DNA of 64,000 bases from the NCBI GenBank assembly GCA_019358935.1, contig JAHHIK010000034.1, forward strand, positions 1-64,000, given 5' to 3'. A program made the translations under genes and the position numbers. The first letter of the stretch is position 1. The number at the start of each line of letters is the position of its first letter. A model generated the notes under the pieces. That model searched no databases, was not told the DNA's origin, and saw only the letters and a program-made list of their open reading frames with translations. Origin of the DNA: Tolypothrix carrinoi HA7290-LM1. GTDB lineage: Bacteria > Cyanobacteriota > Cyanobacteriia > Cyanobacteriales > Nostocaceae. Positions 19,125 through 30,084 of this stretch are shown here, one piece after another.

Positions 19125-20201
19125 TTAGGGCATAATTTCTGGTTCAGATTTTCTGATTGATAAACTTACTGGGTTGAGCTTTTTCGCTTTGGCTTCCGGA
19201 AGCGATCGCTCATCAAGTGTATTGTTTTGTTCTGTCACTGCAACCTTCTGATTTGTTTGCGCTAAGGTGTCACGTTGGTTGATCAGATAGATGCTGACTA
19301 AAGTTAAGCTGACTCCCACCCACTGTACAGGGCTGAGGACTTCGTTGAGCAACAAATTGCCAAATAGCAGGGCAAATACGGGTGTGAGGAAGGTGAGAGA
19401 ACTGAGACTGGTGAGACTGCCGCTAGAAGCAAAATAGAAAAATAATCCGTAGGCGATCGCACTTCCAAAGACTGTGGCATATAACAGCGCCATCCAATCA
19501 GATACTACAAGATTTTGCAAGGAGTGCGATTCGCTAAAAAATGAAATTCCCCACAAAGGCAATCCACCTATAATCATGTGCCATCCTGTAGCGCTTACCG
19601 GATCGGCATATCGACATACAAACCTAATCAAAATCGTTCCCACTGCCATTGACAGCGCAGCCAACAACATCAACCACTCGCCGCTTTCTAAGAGAAAGTA
19701 GGGAGTAGGGAGTAGGGAGTGGGGAGTAGAACTGGAGAAAAGACTCAAAATTAATTCGTAGGGTAAGCCGATTAAACTAATACCTGTGACTCCTAATGCT
19801 AGTCCCAGCCATCCCCACAAACCAATATGTTCTTGAAATAGCCACAACGACATTAAAGCAACAGCCAACGGTTGAGAGTCAATCATTACAGACCCCAACC
19901 CCGCACCAGTTCTGACTAATCCCTCTGCCAAAAAGCCTTGAAATAACGTTCCATCCACCAACGCAAATAAAGCAATCCACAACCATGCTGCCCAACTTTT
20001 AGGCTGAGGTCTACCCATGAATGCAGTTGCGATTAAGATTAGCACCCCAGCGGGCACTAGACGCACTCCTGCCATAAATAGCGGCGTGGTGTGGGGAATT
20101 ACTTGTTTCATTGCTACCATTGCCGTACCCCACAAGAAAAAGGGCGCGATTAACAGTAGCGGGGCAAAGGGAAGTTTGGCTGCACGCTCGTTCATTTGCA
20201 T
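19125..20201 (-). CDS. DMT/EamA family transporter
   Basis: LWGTAMVAMK, about 10 TM segments, FLTPVFA. Confidence 0.9.
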   Translation of the reverse strand: MQMNERAAKLPFAPLLLIAPFFLWGTAMVAMKQVIPHTTPLFMAGVRLVPAGVLILIATAFMGRPQPKSWAAWLWIALFALVDGTLFQGFLAEGLVRTGAGLGSVMIDSQPLAVALMSLWLFQEHIGLWGWLGLALGVTGISLIGLPYELILSLFSSSTPHSLLPTPYFLLESGEWLMLLAALSMAVGTILIRFVCRYADPVSATGWHMIIGGLPLWGISFFSESHSLQNLVVSDWMALLYATVFGSAIAYGLFFYFASSGSLTSLSSLTFLTPVFALLFGNLLLNEVLSPVQWVGVSLTLVSIYLINQRDTLAQTNQKVAVTEQNNTLDERSLPEAKAKKLNPVSLSIRKSEPEIMP

Positions 20202-20296
20202 GGAATAGAAAAATGCCTTTGTTTCACAAACGCAGAAATTACTTTACCTAATTTTACCGAATTATGTCGTTTTGTGAAGTAAAGAATACTGACTTA

Positions 20297-20510
20297 TTGG
20301 GCATTGGGCATGGGGAATTGGGCATTGGGCATTGCGAATTGGGCATTGCAAATTGGGCATTGGGCATTGGGCATAATTCCTCTCCCCTGCCCCCTGCCCC
20401 CTGCCCCCTGCCCCCTGCCCCCTGCCCCCTGCCCCCTGCTCCCTGCCCCCTGCTCCCTGCTCCCTGCTCTTTCCCCATTCCCCATTCCCCATTACCCATT
20501 CCCCATTCCC
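20297..20510. repeat. STRR tract (GGGCATT)n/(CCCCTG)n/(CCCCATT)n
   Basis: Direct reading. Confidence 0.9.
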
Positions 20511-20516
20511 GATTTG

Positions 20517-20933
20517 CTACTTAATTTGCATTACTGCATAGTCAGGATTTGCCGGGTTTGGGATTAATCGCTGGTTTTTACAATCCACCAGAAAGTCTAA
20601 CTTTTCTAATACAACCTGACCAATGAGAACTTCATCACCAGTTACCAGGGCATCCTCAATAGTTTCACGTCCTGCACACTCAATTATCACAGGTTCGGTG
20701 ACTCCTACACTTTCCTGGCGTCCGTCAGCATATTGCGCTACCCGTTTTCCGCGAATTCGCAAACCTAGCTGCTGTACTATTGCTGCGGGAATTACTAAAG
20801 TGACTGCACCTGTGTCTACTAAAGCTTCAGTTTCATGTTCACGCAGAAGATGAGGTGCAAGTAATCCCCGATTTACTAGCGCCTCATCTATTGCGTTTGT
20901 TAGCTTTACTTTAATGTGAACTGCTCCCATCAT
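20517..20933 (-). CDS. Clan AA (retropepsin-like) aspartic protease
   Basis: ALVDTGA catalytic motif; VLIGQVVLE. Confidence 0.85.
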   Translation of the reverse strand: MMGAVHIKVKLTNAIDEALVNRGLLAPHLLREHETEALVDTGAVTLVIPAAIVQQLGLRIRGKRVAQYADGRQESVGVTEPVIIECAGRETIEDALVTGDEVLIGQVVLEKLDFLVDCKNQRLIPNPANPDYAVMQIK

Positions 20934-21126
20934 TAGGATATTTTAACTTATAGCGATCGCCTATCACACTAAAAAGTAAATAAATCAGCGAATATCTATC
21001 TTTAATAAGTTTGTAGTCAGGAATGAGCGTCCTCTCTTATATTATGACTTCGGGTAAGATAAGGACTTCAGTCCTTACTACAAACATGTTTTATTATCGG
21101 TAATTCAACGGTTATGATATGACTTT

Positions 21127-21861
21127 TTAAGGCTTCTTAGGCACATTTGGTGCTTGGATTGTACAGGGTTTAATGTTGCACTGTTGCTCGTAAAGCTTTT
21201 GAACATAGGATTCTTGCCAACTCAAAGGAACTTCTAGTAATCCCTGCGGTCCTGTAATTGCTTGTCCGAGAAACAGTAACAAAGCGAGAGTATTTAAAGC
21301 GATGTGAATATTACGCCAGCGATTTGTTTTATCTTTATAGATATCTGGCAAAATTGCCAAAGAGAAAATCATCAACAAAGCGACAGTAATACCGTAATAG
21401 TAGTGAGAAAAATACCACTGGTCAGTTTTACGATAGATACCATCCTGACAACCAAGCACTACTAAAGCCATTCCACTAAGGGTAGCAAAAATCGCCCGCC
21501 ACTTCCGATCGCCTGCTTTATAAAGTAGAGCCAATGAAGCGATCGTCGCGACAAAAAACAAGGCAACCAAGATAACTTGAAATGGTGCTTTTGTCCAAAC
21601 TTGTTTTTCTAAAAGGTTGCTAAATATATCGAAACCCAACGCTAGTAAAACAATCCCGACAACCGATCCTGTTAGCCAGCGTCCTAACTTAACATGTTCT
21701 TGTCCGACAGCTGGGGGAATTTTACTCTTACCGTCTGTTGCAGTTTGCAAGCGTCGCTGACGAACTTGCAAAGCACGGTTGACGACGATACCGATTAAAG
21801 GAAAAACGACAAATACAGCGAACACTGGATGTAACAGCAAAATCGCGTCTTTTAATTCCAT
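21127..21861 (-). CDS. DUF4079-like membrane protein
   Basis: LLHP, conserved His residues, multiple TM segments. Confidence 0.7.
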   Translation of the reverse strand: MELKDAILLLHPVFAVFVVFPLIGIVVNRALQVRQRRLQTATDGKSKIPPAVGQEHVKLGRWLTGSVVGIVLLALGFDIFSNLLEKQVWTKAPFQVILVALFFVATIASLALLYKAGDRKWRAIFATLSGMALVVLGCQDGIYRKTDQWYFSHYYYGITVALLMIFSLAILPDIYKDKTNRWRNIHIALNTLALLLFLGQAITGPQGLLEVPLSWQESYVQKLYEQQCNIKPCTIQAPNVPKKP

Positions 21862-21919
21862 ATCAGACCTCTGGAGGACTATAGTGCTTTTGTGATTAAA
21901 TAAAGCATCTCAACTAAGA

Positions 21920-22160
21920 GGCAGGGGGAAGGGGGGCAGGGAGACAAGGGAGACAAGGGGGACAGGGGGGGCAGGGAGACAAGGGGGACAGGGGGACAGG
22001 GGGACAGGGGGGACAGGGGGGACAAGGGGGACAAGGGGGACAAGGGAGACAAGGGGGACTCCTTGGAAGAATCTTTTCCCGATTACCCATTACCCATTAC
22101 CCATTACCCATTACCAATTCCCAATTCCCTATTCCCTATTCCCAATTCCCAATTCCCAAT
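21920..22160. repeat. STRR tract (GGGACAAG/GGGACAG)n and (CCCATTA/CCCAATT)n
   Basis: Direct reading. Confidence 0.9.
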
Positions 22161-22195
22161 GCATATTCTTAGGTAAGTGTGCGCTACTACTTTCA

Positions 22196-24484
22196 TCAGC
22201 CTTTCACAAGTGCGATCGCACTTATATCAGCTTTGCGAGCAAATAACGCTCTTGGTTTGAACAAAACTTTAAATAGTAGCAATAAAGATTGTAACTCTCC
22301 GGGTGTCAAAGAACGTCGCCACTGACCAGGACGACAGAACAGCATTTTTACTAAGCAACGATGTTGAGAAAGACTTACCGATTCAAACATGACTCGAACT
22401 GTGGGAAATCCTTCTTGAACGCTAGTTTGCGTAACAATACCTTGCAAGGTTAATTTTGCCTCCATAATTTCCACACTTACGGGTAAGATTTCTCCTGGTT
22501 TTATTTCCGGCAAACCCGCTTGCGTTAAGGCAATTTCTGCTCCTATTTCGGAAATCTTTGTGGTTATCCCCCACAGTGACACATTGTTTTCAGTGTGATT
22601 TTTTATATCTAAGCGCACCGTGCGACGCAAATCAAACCAAGCGTAGGGGTCAGGTTTGGGAATATCCAGCAAGACTAACAAGGCAACGGCAAGCACTACC
22701 AGATTATAAACGCTCCACAACCAACCTAAACCGAGTCCCTTAACTTGTTGGGCAGCTTCTAATGGCATTGTCTGCCAAGCACCTTTGAGCATAAACATCC
22801 CCAAGTTGCGCCATAAACTGACGGCTGAGGTGATAAATAATACAATCAAAGGTAAGGCTAGTTTCCAATTGAAAGAGAAGCGATCGCTTGCAGTTCCCTT
22901 TGGTGTCACCTGAAAACCACCAGAAAACGGATTCAGCATGACTTGAATTACTGTCCATGCAAGGGGAAATGTCAGCACTACTGAGTATATATCTGACAAT
23001 AATGCCGAACGGCTGCGGTAATTCAGCCAGGAAAATACTGATAATTGCACCACATAGTAGGGGAAAAAGAAATACAGCACTTCTTTGGGATTCGCTTTAA
23101 TCGGGATCGCTCCCAAAAACGAATATGCTAAAGGTGCAATCAAAAAACCGACACGAGCAATACTCGTAAACCAGTGTAGCAATCCTTCTAAGTGCGCCAG
23201 TCGTTGCCAAGGTCGCAATCCACGAATGGTGAGAGGATTTGCCTCGATGAAAAATGCTTGGAGTGTACCTTGCGCCCAACGCAGGCGTTGAGTTGCTTGA
23301 TCTGCCATGTTGTCAGCTGCCAAACCTGCACTCAATTTTTCATCTAAGTAAACTAAGCGATAGCCTTGAGCTGAAAGTCGAATGCCGGTGAAGTAATCTT
23401 CGCTGAGAGAGTCGGTAACAAAACCGCCAACTGATTTTAACGCACTTCGCCGCACCACAAAAGAAGTACCAGCGCAAATTACACTGCCTGCACTATCGCG
23501 AAGCGGTTGAATTTGGCGGTAAAATACTTCTTCTTCGGGTGTGAGAATATTTTCTAACCCAAGATTGCGGGCAATCGGATCGAAGTTGTAGAAGCTTTGC
23601 GGAGTCTGCACCAAGGCAATTTGTTCATCTTGAAAAAAGCCAACTGTGCGGGTGAGAAAATTTTCGGTGGGGACAAAATCAGCATCAAAAACGACAATTA
23701 AATCTCCATCAGTACGAGCGATCGCTTGATTTAAATTTCCGGCTTTGGCGTGACGATTATCAGAGCGCGTCATGTACTCACAACCCAATTCCTCAGCCAG
23801 CGCCTGTACTTCTGGACGTTTGGTATCATCTAACAAATAGACTTTTTTGTTCGGGTAGTCGAGAGCTTGACAACCGATGATTGTCCGCCGCAAAATAAAA
23901 ATTGGCTCATTGTAAGTTGGTATTAAGATATCTACACTCGGCGTGAAAGTGCCTTCAATTACAGCAACTGCTTTTTGGTCTGCTTCCCAAGGACGCTCTT
24001 TGTGCTTCAGCATCAAAAACATCTGAATCAAACCACTACTGAGCATCAGCATTTCTAAGAAAAACAAAGCCAAACTGAAGGTACCATTTACAGGGTTGCT
24101 CAGGTTGAGAGTGGAAAGCGATCGCCAAACAATATATCGGATAGTCAACACCAGGAGAATTCCCACCACTAGAAATCGCGACCAAGTGCGAGGTAGTGGG
24201 GAAATTTTCATAGTTACTAAGGCGATCGCTAGTAAAATAACAGTCGGGGCAAGCAGATACTCTCCTGCTACCATCGGCACTTGCAGCCACATTGGTGGCG
24301 AAGCTTGCAGGACGTTAATCTGTGCAAAAATATTACTGATAGTACCTTCCCCTGCAAACCACCCCGCCACAATTGCAGCAGATATAGCGATCGCTACGAG
24401 CATTATTAAAGATGCCCATTGGGGACGCATCACTGGCTTGGAGATTCGATCCAAACGTTGAGCACCAATTTTGGACATTTTCAT
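22196..24484 (-). CDS. Cellulose-synthase-like GT2 (BcsA family) with a C-terminal PilZ-like domain
   Basis: PTYNE, HAKAGNLN, FDAD, QTPQ, SED, QRLRW motifs. Confidence 0.88.
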   Translation of the reverse strand: MKMSKIGAQRLDRISKPVMRPQWASLIMLVAIAISAAIVAGWFAGEGTISNIFAQINVLQASPPMWLQVPMVAGEYLLAPTVILLAIALVTMKISPLPRTWSRFLVVGILLVLTIRYIVWRSLSTLNLSNPVNGTFSLALFFLEMLMLSSGLIQMFLMLKHKERPWEADQKAVAVIEGTFTPSVDILIPTYNEPIFILRRTIIGCQALDYPNKKVYLLDDTKRPEVQALAEELGCEYMTRSDNRHAKAGNLNQAIARTDGDLIVVFDADFVPTENFLTRTVGFFQDEQIALVQTPQSFYNFDPIARNLGLENILTPEEEVFYRQIQPLRDSAGSVICAGTSFVVRRSALKSVGGFVTDSLSEDYFTGIRLSAQGYRLVYLDEKLSAGLAADNMADQATQRLRWAQGTLQAFFIEANPLTIRGLRPWQRLAHLEGLLHWFTSIARVGFLIAPLAYSFLGAIPIKANPKEVLYFFFPYYVVQLSVFSWLNYRSRSALLSDIYSVVLTFPLAWTVIQVMLNPFSGGFQVTPKGTASDRFSFNWKLALPLIVLFITSAVSLWRNLGMFMLKGAWQTMPLEAAQQVKGLGLGWLWSVYNLVVLAVALLVLLDIPKPDPYAWFDLRRTVRLDIKNHTENNVSLWGITTKISEIGAEIALTQAGLPEIKPGEILPVSVEIMEAKLTLQGIVTQTSVQEGFPTVRVMFESVSLSQHRCLVKMLFCRPGQWRRSLTPGELQSLLLLFKVLFKPRALFARKADISAIALVKG

Positions 24485-24575
24485 GATTTGTTAGTTTTGG
24501 CGATCGAGCCTCTTAAAAAGAGCGTGAATTGTTAGTTAAAATGTTACACCATTGCTGGTAAAATAATCATTTGAG

Positions 24576-24953
24576 TTACTTTACTTCATTAGCTGGAAAC
24601 TTATTCACTTTACCTTTCTTCACCGCTACAACTACATCGAAGTTTGTACATAAAGAGAACGTTACATTACTCTTTTGGCTATAAAGGTTAACTACCATAC
24701 CTGCACCACCTGGTTGAACAGCGATCGGCGAAAGCTCTTGCGGAAAGTAGCGCCGCATCATTTCGGCACTCTCAGGCTTACCCTTATTTGCGGTTATCAT
24801 TGCAATCTTTTGGTCAACAGTCAAATTTGTAGTATCATTCGTCTCTTGAGCCGATACTTGAGCTAATGAAGGATTAATTACCTTTAAGGGAACATCCGAA
24901 AATGTGAAAAAGCTAACTAGGGCAGCACTTGCAAGCACAGATGTGAGTTTCAT
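24576..24953 (-). CDS. Hypothetical exported protein
   Basis: N-terminal signal peptide; 125 aa. Confidence 0.7.
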   Translation of the reverse strand: MKLTSVLASAALVSFFTFSDVPLKVINPSLAQVSAQETNDTTNLTVDQKIAMITANKGKPESAEMMRRYFPQELSPIAVQPGGAGMVVNLYSQKSNVTFSLCTNFDVVVAVKKGKVNKFPANEVK

Positions 24954-25190
24954 GAGTTACTCCTTGTTTTTGAGTTATCCTTCGACTTCTCAAAGCATCT
25001 CAGTTACTACTTAGGCTCATCTGAGAAGCAAACCATGATTTTCATGAATTTATGCTGGCAATAAATTCAGTTAAAACTCAGCGTTTTCTCAGATAATCAT
25101 GGTATGGAGTCATTACAGTCCGTCGCGGCTACAAAAACCAAGCCTGCGATTAGGGTGCGTTAATGCAGTGGAACGCACCCTACTTTTATC

Positions 25191-25351
25191 GGGTGCATCC
25201 CATTTTGGCAAATAGCCCTTCAGGCTAGAAGCCTGGGGCTAAACAAACAAAGCCTGCCTTCGCAGGCTAGATTCTTACAGCCTGCGAAGGCAGGCTTTGC
25301 TCGTGTAGCAATACCCTTCTAGGGTATTTCTTCCATTCAGGGGATGCTCCC
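25191..25351. mobile_element. 161-bp MITE with TIR GGGTGCATCCC/GGGATGCTCCC and 8-bp TSD CTTTTATC
   Basis: CTTTTATC at 25183-25190 and 25352-25359; internal long palindrome AAAGCCTGCCTTCGCAGGCT..AGCCTGCGAAGGCAGGCTTT. Confidence 0.8.
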
Positions 25352-25358
25352 CTTTTAT

Positions 25359-27002
25359 CTAGCTAACTGTAACAGCACTTTCCAAAGTAGCTACTAATTT
25401 CAACTGAAATTCTGCCTCAAAGACATCTTTTTTCAAATCCACACTCCAGAGTTCTAAAGCGCAATCTTCATCAGGATGAGATGGAAAGATATGTAGTTGT
25501 AATTCCTGAGAATCTGGATTGTATTCACACTGCACTCGTGCGATCGCACCAATTTGTCTTCTATCAAGGGCAACTGCTAATCTAAGAAAAGCACTCAATT
25601 TGCTGACAATTTGCCTGTCTTCTTTGTGCAGTAGATTGGCGTAATTTTCATGCTTTTTCTTCGGTGCTGATTTGCGATGATAACGCGCTAAATTAGCAAT
25701 GATTTCTATCTCTGTTTCTGTATAACCGAGTAACTCACCATTGCGAATTAGATAGTAAGAGTGCTTGTGGTGAGCATTATGGCTAACATAATGACCGCAA
25801 TTGTGTAAAATCGTCGCTGCCCATAGTAGTTGTCTTTCTTCTGCACCCCAGTTGTGTAATTTACCTTGAGTTTGGTTAAATAACGAGAGGGCAAATTTGG
25901 CAACGCGATCGCTATGTTCTAAGTTGACGTTATACTTTTTCGCTTGTTTAAGAACACTCCGTTCCCTTACCGAACCTTGGTAACGCAGTTTATCTGAAAT
26001 CAAACCGTGGGTCAACATCCAGTCTACAATCACCCCTTCCCGCAGCGATCGCTCGCACACTGTCACCGATTCAACGCCCAAAAGAATCATTGCTTCCTGT
26101 AAGATTACGGCTCCCGCAAGTATCACTTCTGACCGTCTATCTGGCATTCCCGGAATCTCTGCCCGTTCTGAGTAATTCAGCTTCCGCAAGCGATTGACGC
26201 ATTCGCGCAAGTCTTTTAAACTAAACTCGTAGCGGTTGAGTGTTGCGGGGACAGAACCGGACTTTTCCCGTGCGTGGATCAGCGCTAAAGTTTCAATTGT
26301 GCCGGCAGTTCCTACCAAACGGGGAGTTTCTCCCATCTGTATGTTTGCCTGCACTTCTTCTACAGAACGTTCCAATGTACCCCGTGCATAAGCTTGCAAG
26401 TACTGAAACTCGATGTTACTGATGGGGTCGGTAGTAATTAATTCGCTCGTTAGTCGCACTGCACCGACTTTAGTACTGGTGAGAACTCGCGCTTCATGAC
26501 TATCGCCTAAAATTATTTCTGTAGAACCCCCGCCAATATCAATAATTATGTGAGGCTGGTCATTAAATTCTAGCCCCGACAGCACACCCAAATAGATTCG
26601 CCGCGCTTCTTCTTGACCAGAAATCAAGTCAACGCTTAAACTCAACTCATCTTCTACTCTTTGCAAAAAATCTTTACCATTGGGTGCTTCGCGCACAGCG
26701 CTAGTTGCTACCGCAATAGTTGTTTCCGCATTGAGAGTTTTCGCAACTTCTTGAAAGCGTCCCAAGGCAGCGATCGCTTTTTTCATTATCTCTGGTTTTA
26801 GTTCTCCAGTTTTAAGATCGCGATCGCCCAATCTCACAGTTTCTTTTTCTCTGGCAATAATGCTAAAAGCTGGTAATGTTGGTTCAATCCGCACAATTAC
26901 CATATGCAGAGAATTTGTCCCTAAATCAATCGCAGCAATAATCCGTTGCTCAACTGTTTGAGTTGGAGTACTCTCCCAGTTAGCTGAAATTGAATTCAGC
27001 AT
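25359..27002 (-). CDS. ppx: Exopolyphosphatase / Ppx-GppA phosphatase
   Basis: AAIDLGTNS, ATSAVREA, DIGGGSTE, LREG; HD-like C-terminal domain. Confidence 0.93.
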   Translation of the reverse strand: MLNSISANWESTPTQTVEQRIIAAIDLGTNSLHMVIVRIEPTLPAFSIIAREKETVRLGDRDLKTGELKPEIMKKAIAALGRFQEVAKTLNAETTIAVATSAVREAPNGKDFLQRVEDELSLSVDLISGQEEARRIYLGVLSGLEFNDQPHIIIDIGGGSTEIILGDSHEARVLTSTKVGAVRLTSELITTDPISNIEFQYLQAYARGTLERSVEEVQANIQMGETPRLVGTAGTIETLALIHAREKSGSVPATLNRYEFSLKDLRECVNRLRKLNYSERAEIPGMPDRRSEVILAGAVILQEAMILLGVESVTVCERSLREGVIVDWMLTHGLISDKLRYQGSVRERSVLKQAKKYNVNLEHSDRVAKFALSLFNQTQGKLHNWGAEERQLLWAATILHNCGHYVSHNAHHKHSYYLIRNGELLGYTETEIEIIANLARYHRKSAPKKKHENYANLLHKEDRQIVSKLSAFLRLAVALDRRQIGAIARVQCEYNPDSQELQLHIFPSHPDEDCALELWSVDLKKDVFEAEFQLKLVATLESAVTVS

Positions 27003-27147
27003 CTATTTTTCTCTCACTTAAGGATGATAAAAGGGATTGGGGACTAGGGACTAGTTCCCAGGTTGTAATTTTACAAATAGCAAATAAAGCTATTCTATAA
27101 ATATAAAGATGTATTAACTCATCTATCTGTAGTTATTTTTGCTGTCT

Positions 27148-28029
27148 ATGTTAGCAACACCAGAAAGCAATACCGAACCGATGTGGCTTGTGATTATCCG
27201 GCTATTGCGATGGCACAAACCAGAAGGACGCTTAATCTTGATGATTCCTGCTCTTTGGGCTGTGTTTTTGGCAGCTTCTGGGAAACCACCTTTACCGCTA
27301 GTTGGCGTCATCGCTTTAGGAACGATCGCCACAAGTGCAGCAGGATGCATTGTGAATGATTTGTGGGATCGCGACATCGACCCGCAGGTAGAAAGAACTC
27401 GCTTGCGTCCTCTCGCTTCTCGTGCCTTATCTGTAAAAGTGGGTATTGTTGTCGCAATTGTTGCGATGTTTTGTGCAGCAGTTCTTGCCTTTTATCTTAA
27501 CCCGCTTTCTTTTTGGTTGTGTGTGGCAGCAGTACCAGTAATTCTGCTTTATCCTGGTGCGAAAAGAGTGTTTCCTGTACCGCAGTTAGTGCTTTCGATC
27601 GCTTGGGGTTTTGGTGTATTAATTAGCTGGAGTGCGGTGACGCAAAACCTCTCACAACCAACTTGGTTACTTTGGGGTGCGACTGTGATGTGGACATTGG
27701 GATTTGATACTGTTTATGCGATGAGCGATCGCGAAGACGATCGGCGTATTAATGTTAATTCTAGCGCTTTGTTTTTTGGCGACAAGGCACCTCTAGCGAT
27801 TGGAATTTTCTTTGCTGCAACCATCTTTTTGCTTACTTGGCTAGGTATCTTAATGCATCTAAAGTATGCATTTTGGATTAGTCTGGCAATTGCTGCTGTT
27901 GGCTGGGTTTGGCAATATCTTCAATTAATCAAGAAAGACCTTCCTAATCCAGTTTACGCGCAGATGTTTAAACAAAATGTTTGGATTGGTTTTATCGTCC
28001 TTGCAGGAATGATTGCCGGCTCTTTTTAG
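27148..28029 (+). CDS. ubiA: 4-hydroxybenzoate solanesyl/polyprenyltransferase
   Basis: NDLWDRDIDPQVERTRLRPLAS, YAMSDREDD. Confidence 0.92.
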   Translation: MLATPESNTEPMWLVIIRLLRWHKPEGRLILMIPALWAVFLAASGKPPLPLVGVIALGTIATSAAGCIVNDLWDRDIDPQVERTRLRPLASRALSVKVGIVVAIVAMFCAAVLAFYLNPLSFWLCVAAVPVILLYPGAKRVFPVPQLVLSIAWGFGVLISWSAVTQNLSQPTWLLWGATVMWTLGFDTVYAMSDREDDRRINVNSSALFFGDKAPLAIGIFFAATIFLLTWLGILMHLKYAFWISLAIAAVGWVWQYLQLIKKDLPNPVYAQMFKQNVWIGFIVLAGMIAGSF

Positions 28030-28054
28030 TCTGTCACAACAGTGAGGCAAGAGA

Positions 28055-28327
28055 ATGCTATTCATGGTAGTTGAGCGATTTAATAATCGCGATCCAAAAG
28101 AGATATATCGCCGATTTCGAGAAAAAGGGCGTATGATGCCTGAGGGGTTAAAGTATGTAGATAGTTGGGTTGAAGCCAACTTTGACCGCTGCTTTCAACT
28201 TATGGAGTGCAACGACCCACGTTTATTTCAGGAGTGGATATTACAGTGGCACGATCTTGGTGAATTCGAGATAGTTCCCGTTGTTTCATCAAAAGAGACG
28301 GCAGAGGTAGTTAATAAGGTGCTTTAA
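28055..28327 (+). CDS. DUF3303-like protein
   Basis: [30 protein letters not shown]. Confidence 0.75.
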   Translation: MLFMVVERFNNRDPKEIYRRFREKGRMMPEGLKYVDSWVEANFDRCFQLMECNDPRLFQEWILQWHDLGEFEIVPVVSSKETAEVVNKVL

Positions 28328-28341
28328 ACCTCAAGCCGAAA

Positions 28342-28668
28342 ATGCAAACATTTGTCTTATTCTTAGTTGCTGCACTAGGAGAAATCTCCGGTTGCTACGC
28401 ATTTTGGGCATGGTTGAGACTGGGAAAAAGCATACTTTTAATTATTCCCGGTATCTTAGCTCTAATTATTTTCGCTTTCACTCTAACTAAGATAGATGCC
28501 TCAAACGCTGGCAGAGTATATGCTGCTTATGGTGGTATTTACATTCTCTCATCTTTGATTTGGTTATGGTTAGTTGAAGGTGTAAAACCAGATAAGTATG
28601 ATTTACTTGGTGTGACAATTTCCTTAATCGGAACGATTGTAATTTTATTCAGTCCGCATCGGTGGTAA
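28342..28668 (+). CDS. YnfA/UPF0060 membrane protein
   Basis: [22 protein letters not shown]. Confidence 0.9.
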   Translation: MQTFVLFLVAALGEISGCYAFWAWLRLGKSILLIIPGILALIIFAFTLTKIDASNAGRVYAAYGGIYILSSLIWLWLVEGVKPDKYDLLGVTISLIGTIVILFSPHRW

Positions 28669-28681
28669 AAAATTTGTCTTT

Positions 28682-28714
28682 AGATCCCCGACTTCTCTAA
28701 GAAGTCGGGGATCT
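28682..28714. repeat. Perfect palindrome AGATCCCCGACTTCT-CTA-AGAAGTCGGGGATCT (REP-like or terminator)
   Basis: 15-bp perfect stem just after the YnfA-family gene. Confidence 0.7.
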
Positions 28715-28815
28715 TATTAAACTCTCGTCAAAAAATATGTCTCACGCTAGATTCAAAATTTTAGCAATTCAGATAATAGTTTGTATGACCGCAAAATTGA
28801 AACATACTCAATTAG

Positions 28816-29418
28816 ATGAAGCTTTTTCTGACAGACAGACGCAACACGTCTACGCATTTAGTTAAAATTGCCATGATATTTTTATTGTCCCTTGGCAGTC
28901 TTGGTATTGTCGGGGGCAGTTTTTTTCTAAGGAAAGCTTCTAACAATACAGGTGATACTGAGACAATAACTAATACTACACGATATCGGGAAATTCGTAA
29001 TCAAATTTGGTCTAATAAGAAACAAATAAAACACTTTCCTAATGAAATACCGCAAGATGCTACAAATGTGCGGCTTGCTTATTCTCCCGGCTTTTCGCAA
29101 CAAGGCAGTTATTTTCAACTGAGGATGAAACAGCCTCCAGAAAAAATAAAAAAAGTACTTTTAAAGTACAGAGAAATTGCGAAACACAAATATAGAGGAG
29201 GTAATACAAACGACCACGCAAACTTACCCAACGGTGTGCCGACAACTTTCTTTTATACCAGTGATGCCCAAGAATCGTTTCCCGTCACTTATGAAATATT
29301 AGTATTAAATGCAGAAAACAGAGGAACCCCAGGCTTTAAATGGAATCATGGAGATAGCTATGGGGTAGCGATTGATAGTTCAGCTTCAGAAATTGTCTAT
29401 TGGGTTGAAGCGTGGTAG
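28816..29418 (+). CDS. Hypothetical protein with an N-terminal TM anchor
   Basis: 200-aa ORF, one hydrophobic segment. Confidence 0.7.
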   Translation: MKLFLTDRRNTSTHLVKIAMIFLLSLGSLGIVGGSFFLRKASNNTGDTETITNTTRYREIRNQIWSNKKQIKHFPNEIPQDATNVRLAYSPGFSQQGSYFQLRMKQPPEKIKKVLLKYREIAKHKYRGGNTNDHANLPNGVPTTFFYTSDAQESFPVTYEILVLNAENRGTPGFKWNHGDSYGVAIDSSASEIVYWVEAW

Positions 29419-29507
29419 GTTGATTGTTGGTGGATAGTGGATAGTGGATAGTTGTTGGTGGTTGGTGGTTGGTTGTTAGGTTGATGCGATCGCTTTAATT
29501 TCCTACT

Positions 29508-29996
29508 ATGCGAAAAATCATTATTGGTGTGATGGGACCCGGTGAAAAGGCAACAGCAAAGGATTTGCAAAATGCCTATGAACTTGGTAAACTAATAGCC
29601 CAACAACAATGGATTTTGCTGACTGGTGGTAGAAATGTCGGCGTGATGGATGCAGCGAGTAAGGGTGCAAAATCTACCAATGGTTTAGTTATTGGAATTC
29701 TTCCCGATGATAGTAAAAGAGGCATTTCTTTATCTGTTGATATTGCCATTTTTACTGATATGGGAAATGCTCGCAATAATATTAATGTACTTTCGAGTGA
29801 TTTGCTGATTGCCTGTGGTATGGGTGCAGGAACAGCGTCAGAAATTGCTTTGGCTTTAAAAGCAAACAAGCAAGTAATTTTGTTGAGTGACGATGTAGAA
29901 AGTAAAGTTTTCTTTCAAAAAATGTCGCCGAACAATATTTATGTTGTGGATGGGGTGTCAGAGGCGATCGCCACAGCTCAGACTATTTTAAAATAA
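29508..29996 (+). CDS. LOG/TIGR00725 (SLOG) family protein
   Basis: IIGVMG, LTGG..GVMDAASKGA, ARNNIN, GAGTASE. Confidence 0.88.
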   Translation: MRKIIIGVMGPGEKATAKDLQNAYELGKLIAQQQWILLTGGRNVGVMDAASKGAKSTNGLVIGILPDDSKRGISLSVDIAIFTDMGNARNNINVLSSDLLIACGMGAGTASEIALALKANKQVILLSDDVESKVFFQKMSPNNIYVVDGVSEAIATAQTILK

Positions 29997-30084
29997 CGAT
30001 GATTTGGTATAATGAAGCGATCGCTGCTTAAAAATGCCAAAATAAATAAGCGCGATCGCTTCGGTAGTTGCCCAACCTACGCAT

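Noticed and set aside
20254..20567. Multiple overlapping low-complexity ORFs (also at about 8455-8751, 36738-37326, 47586-47924, 54753-55106 and 62335-62692)
   Set aside because: Artefacts of stop-free STRR repeats.
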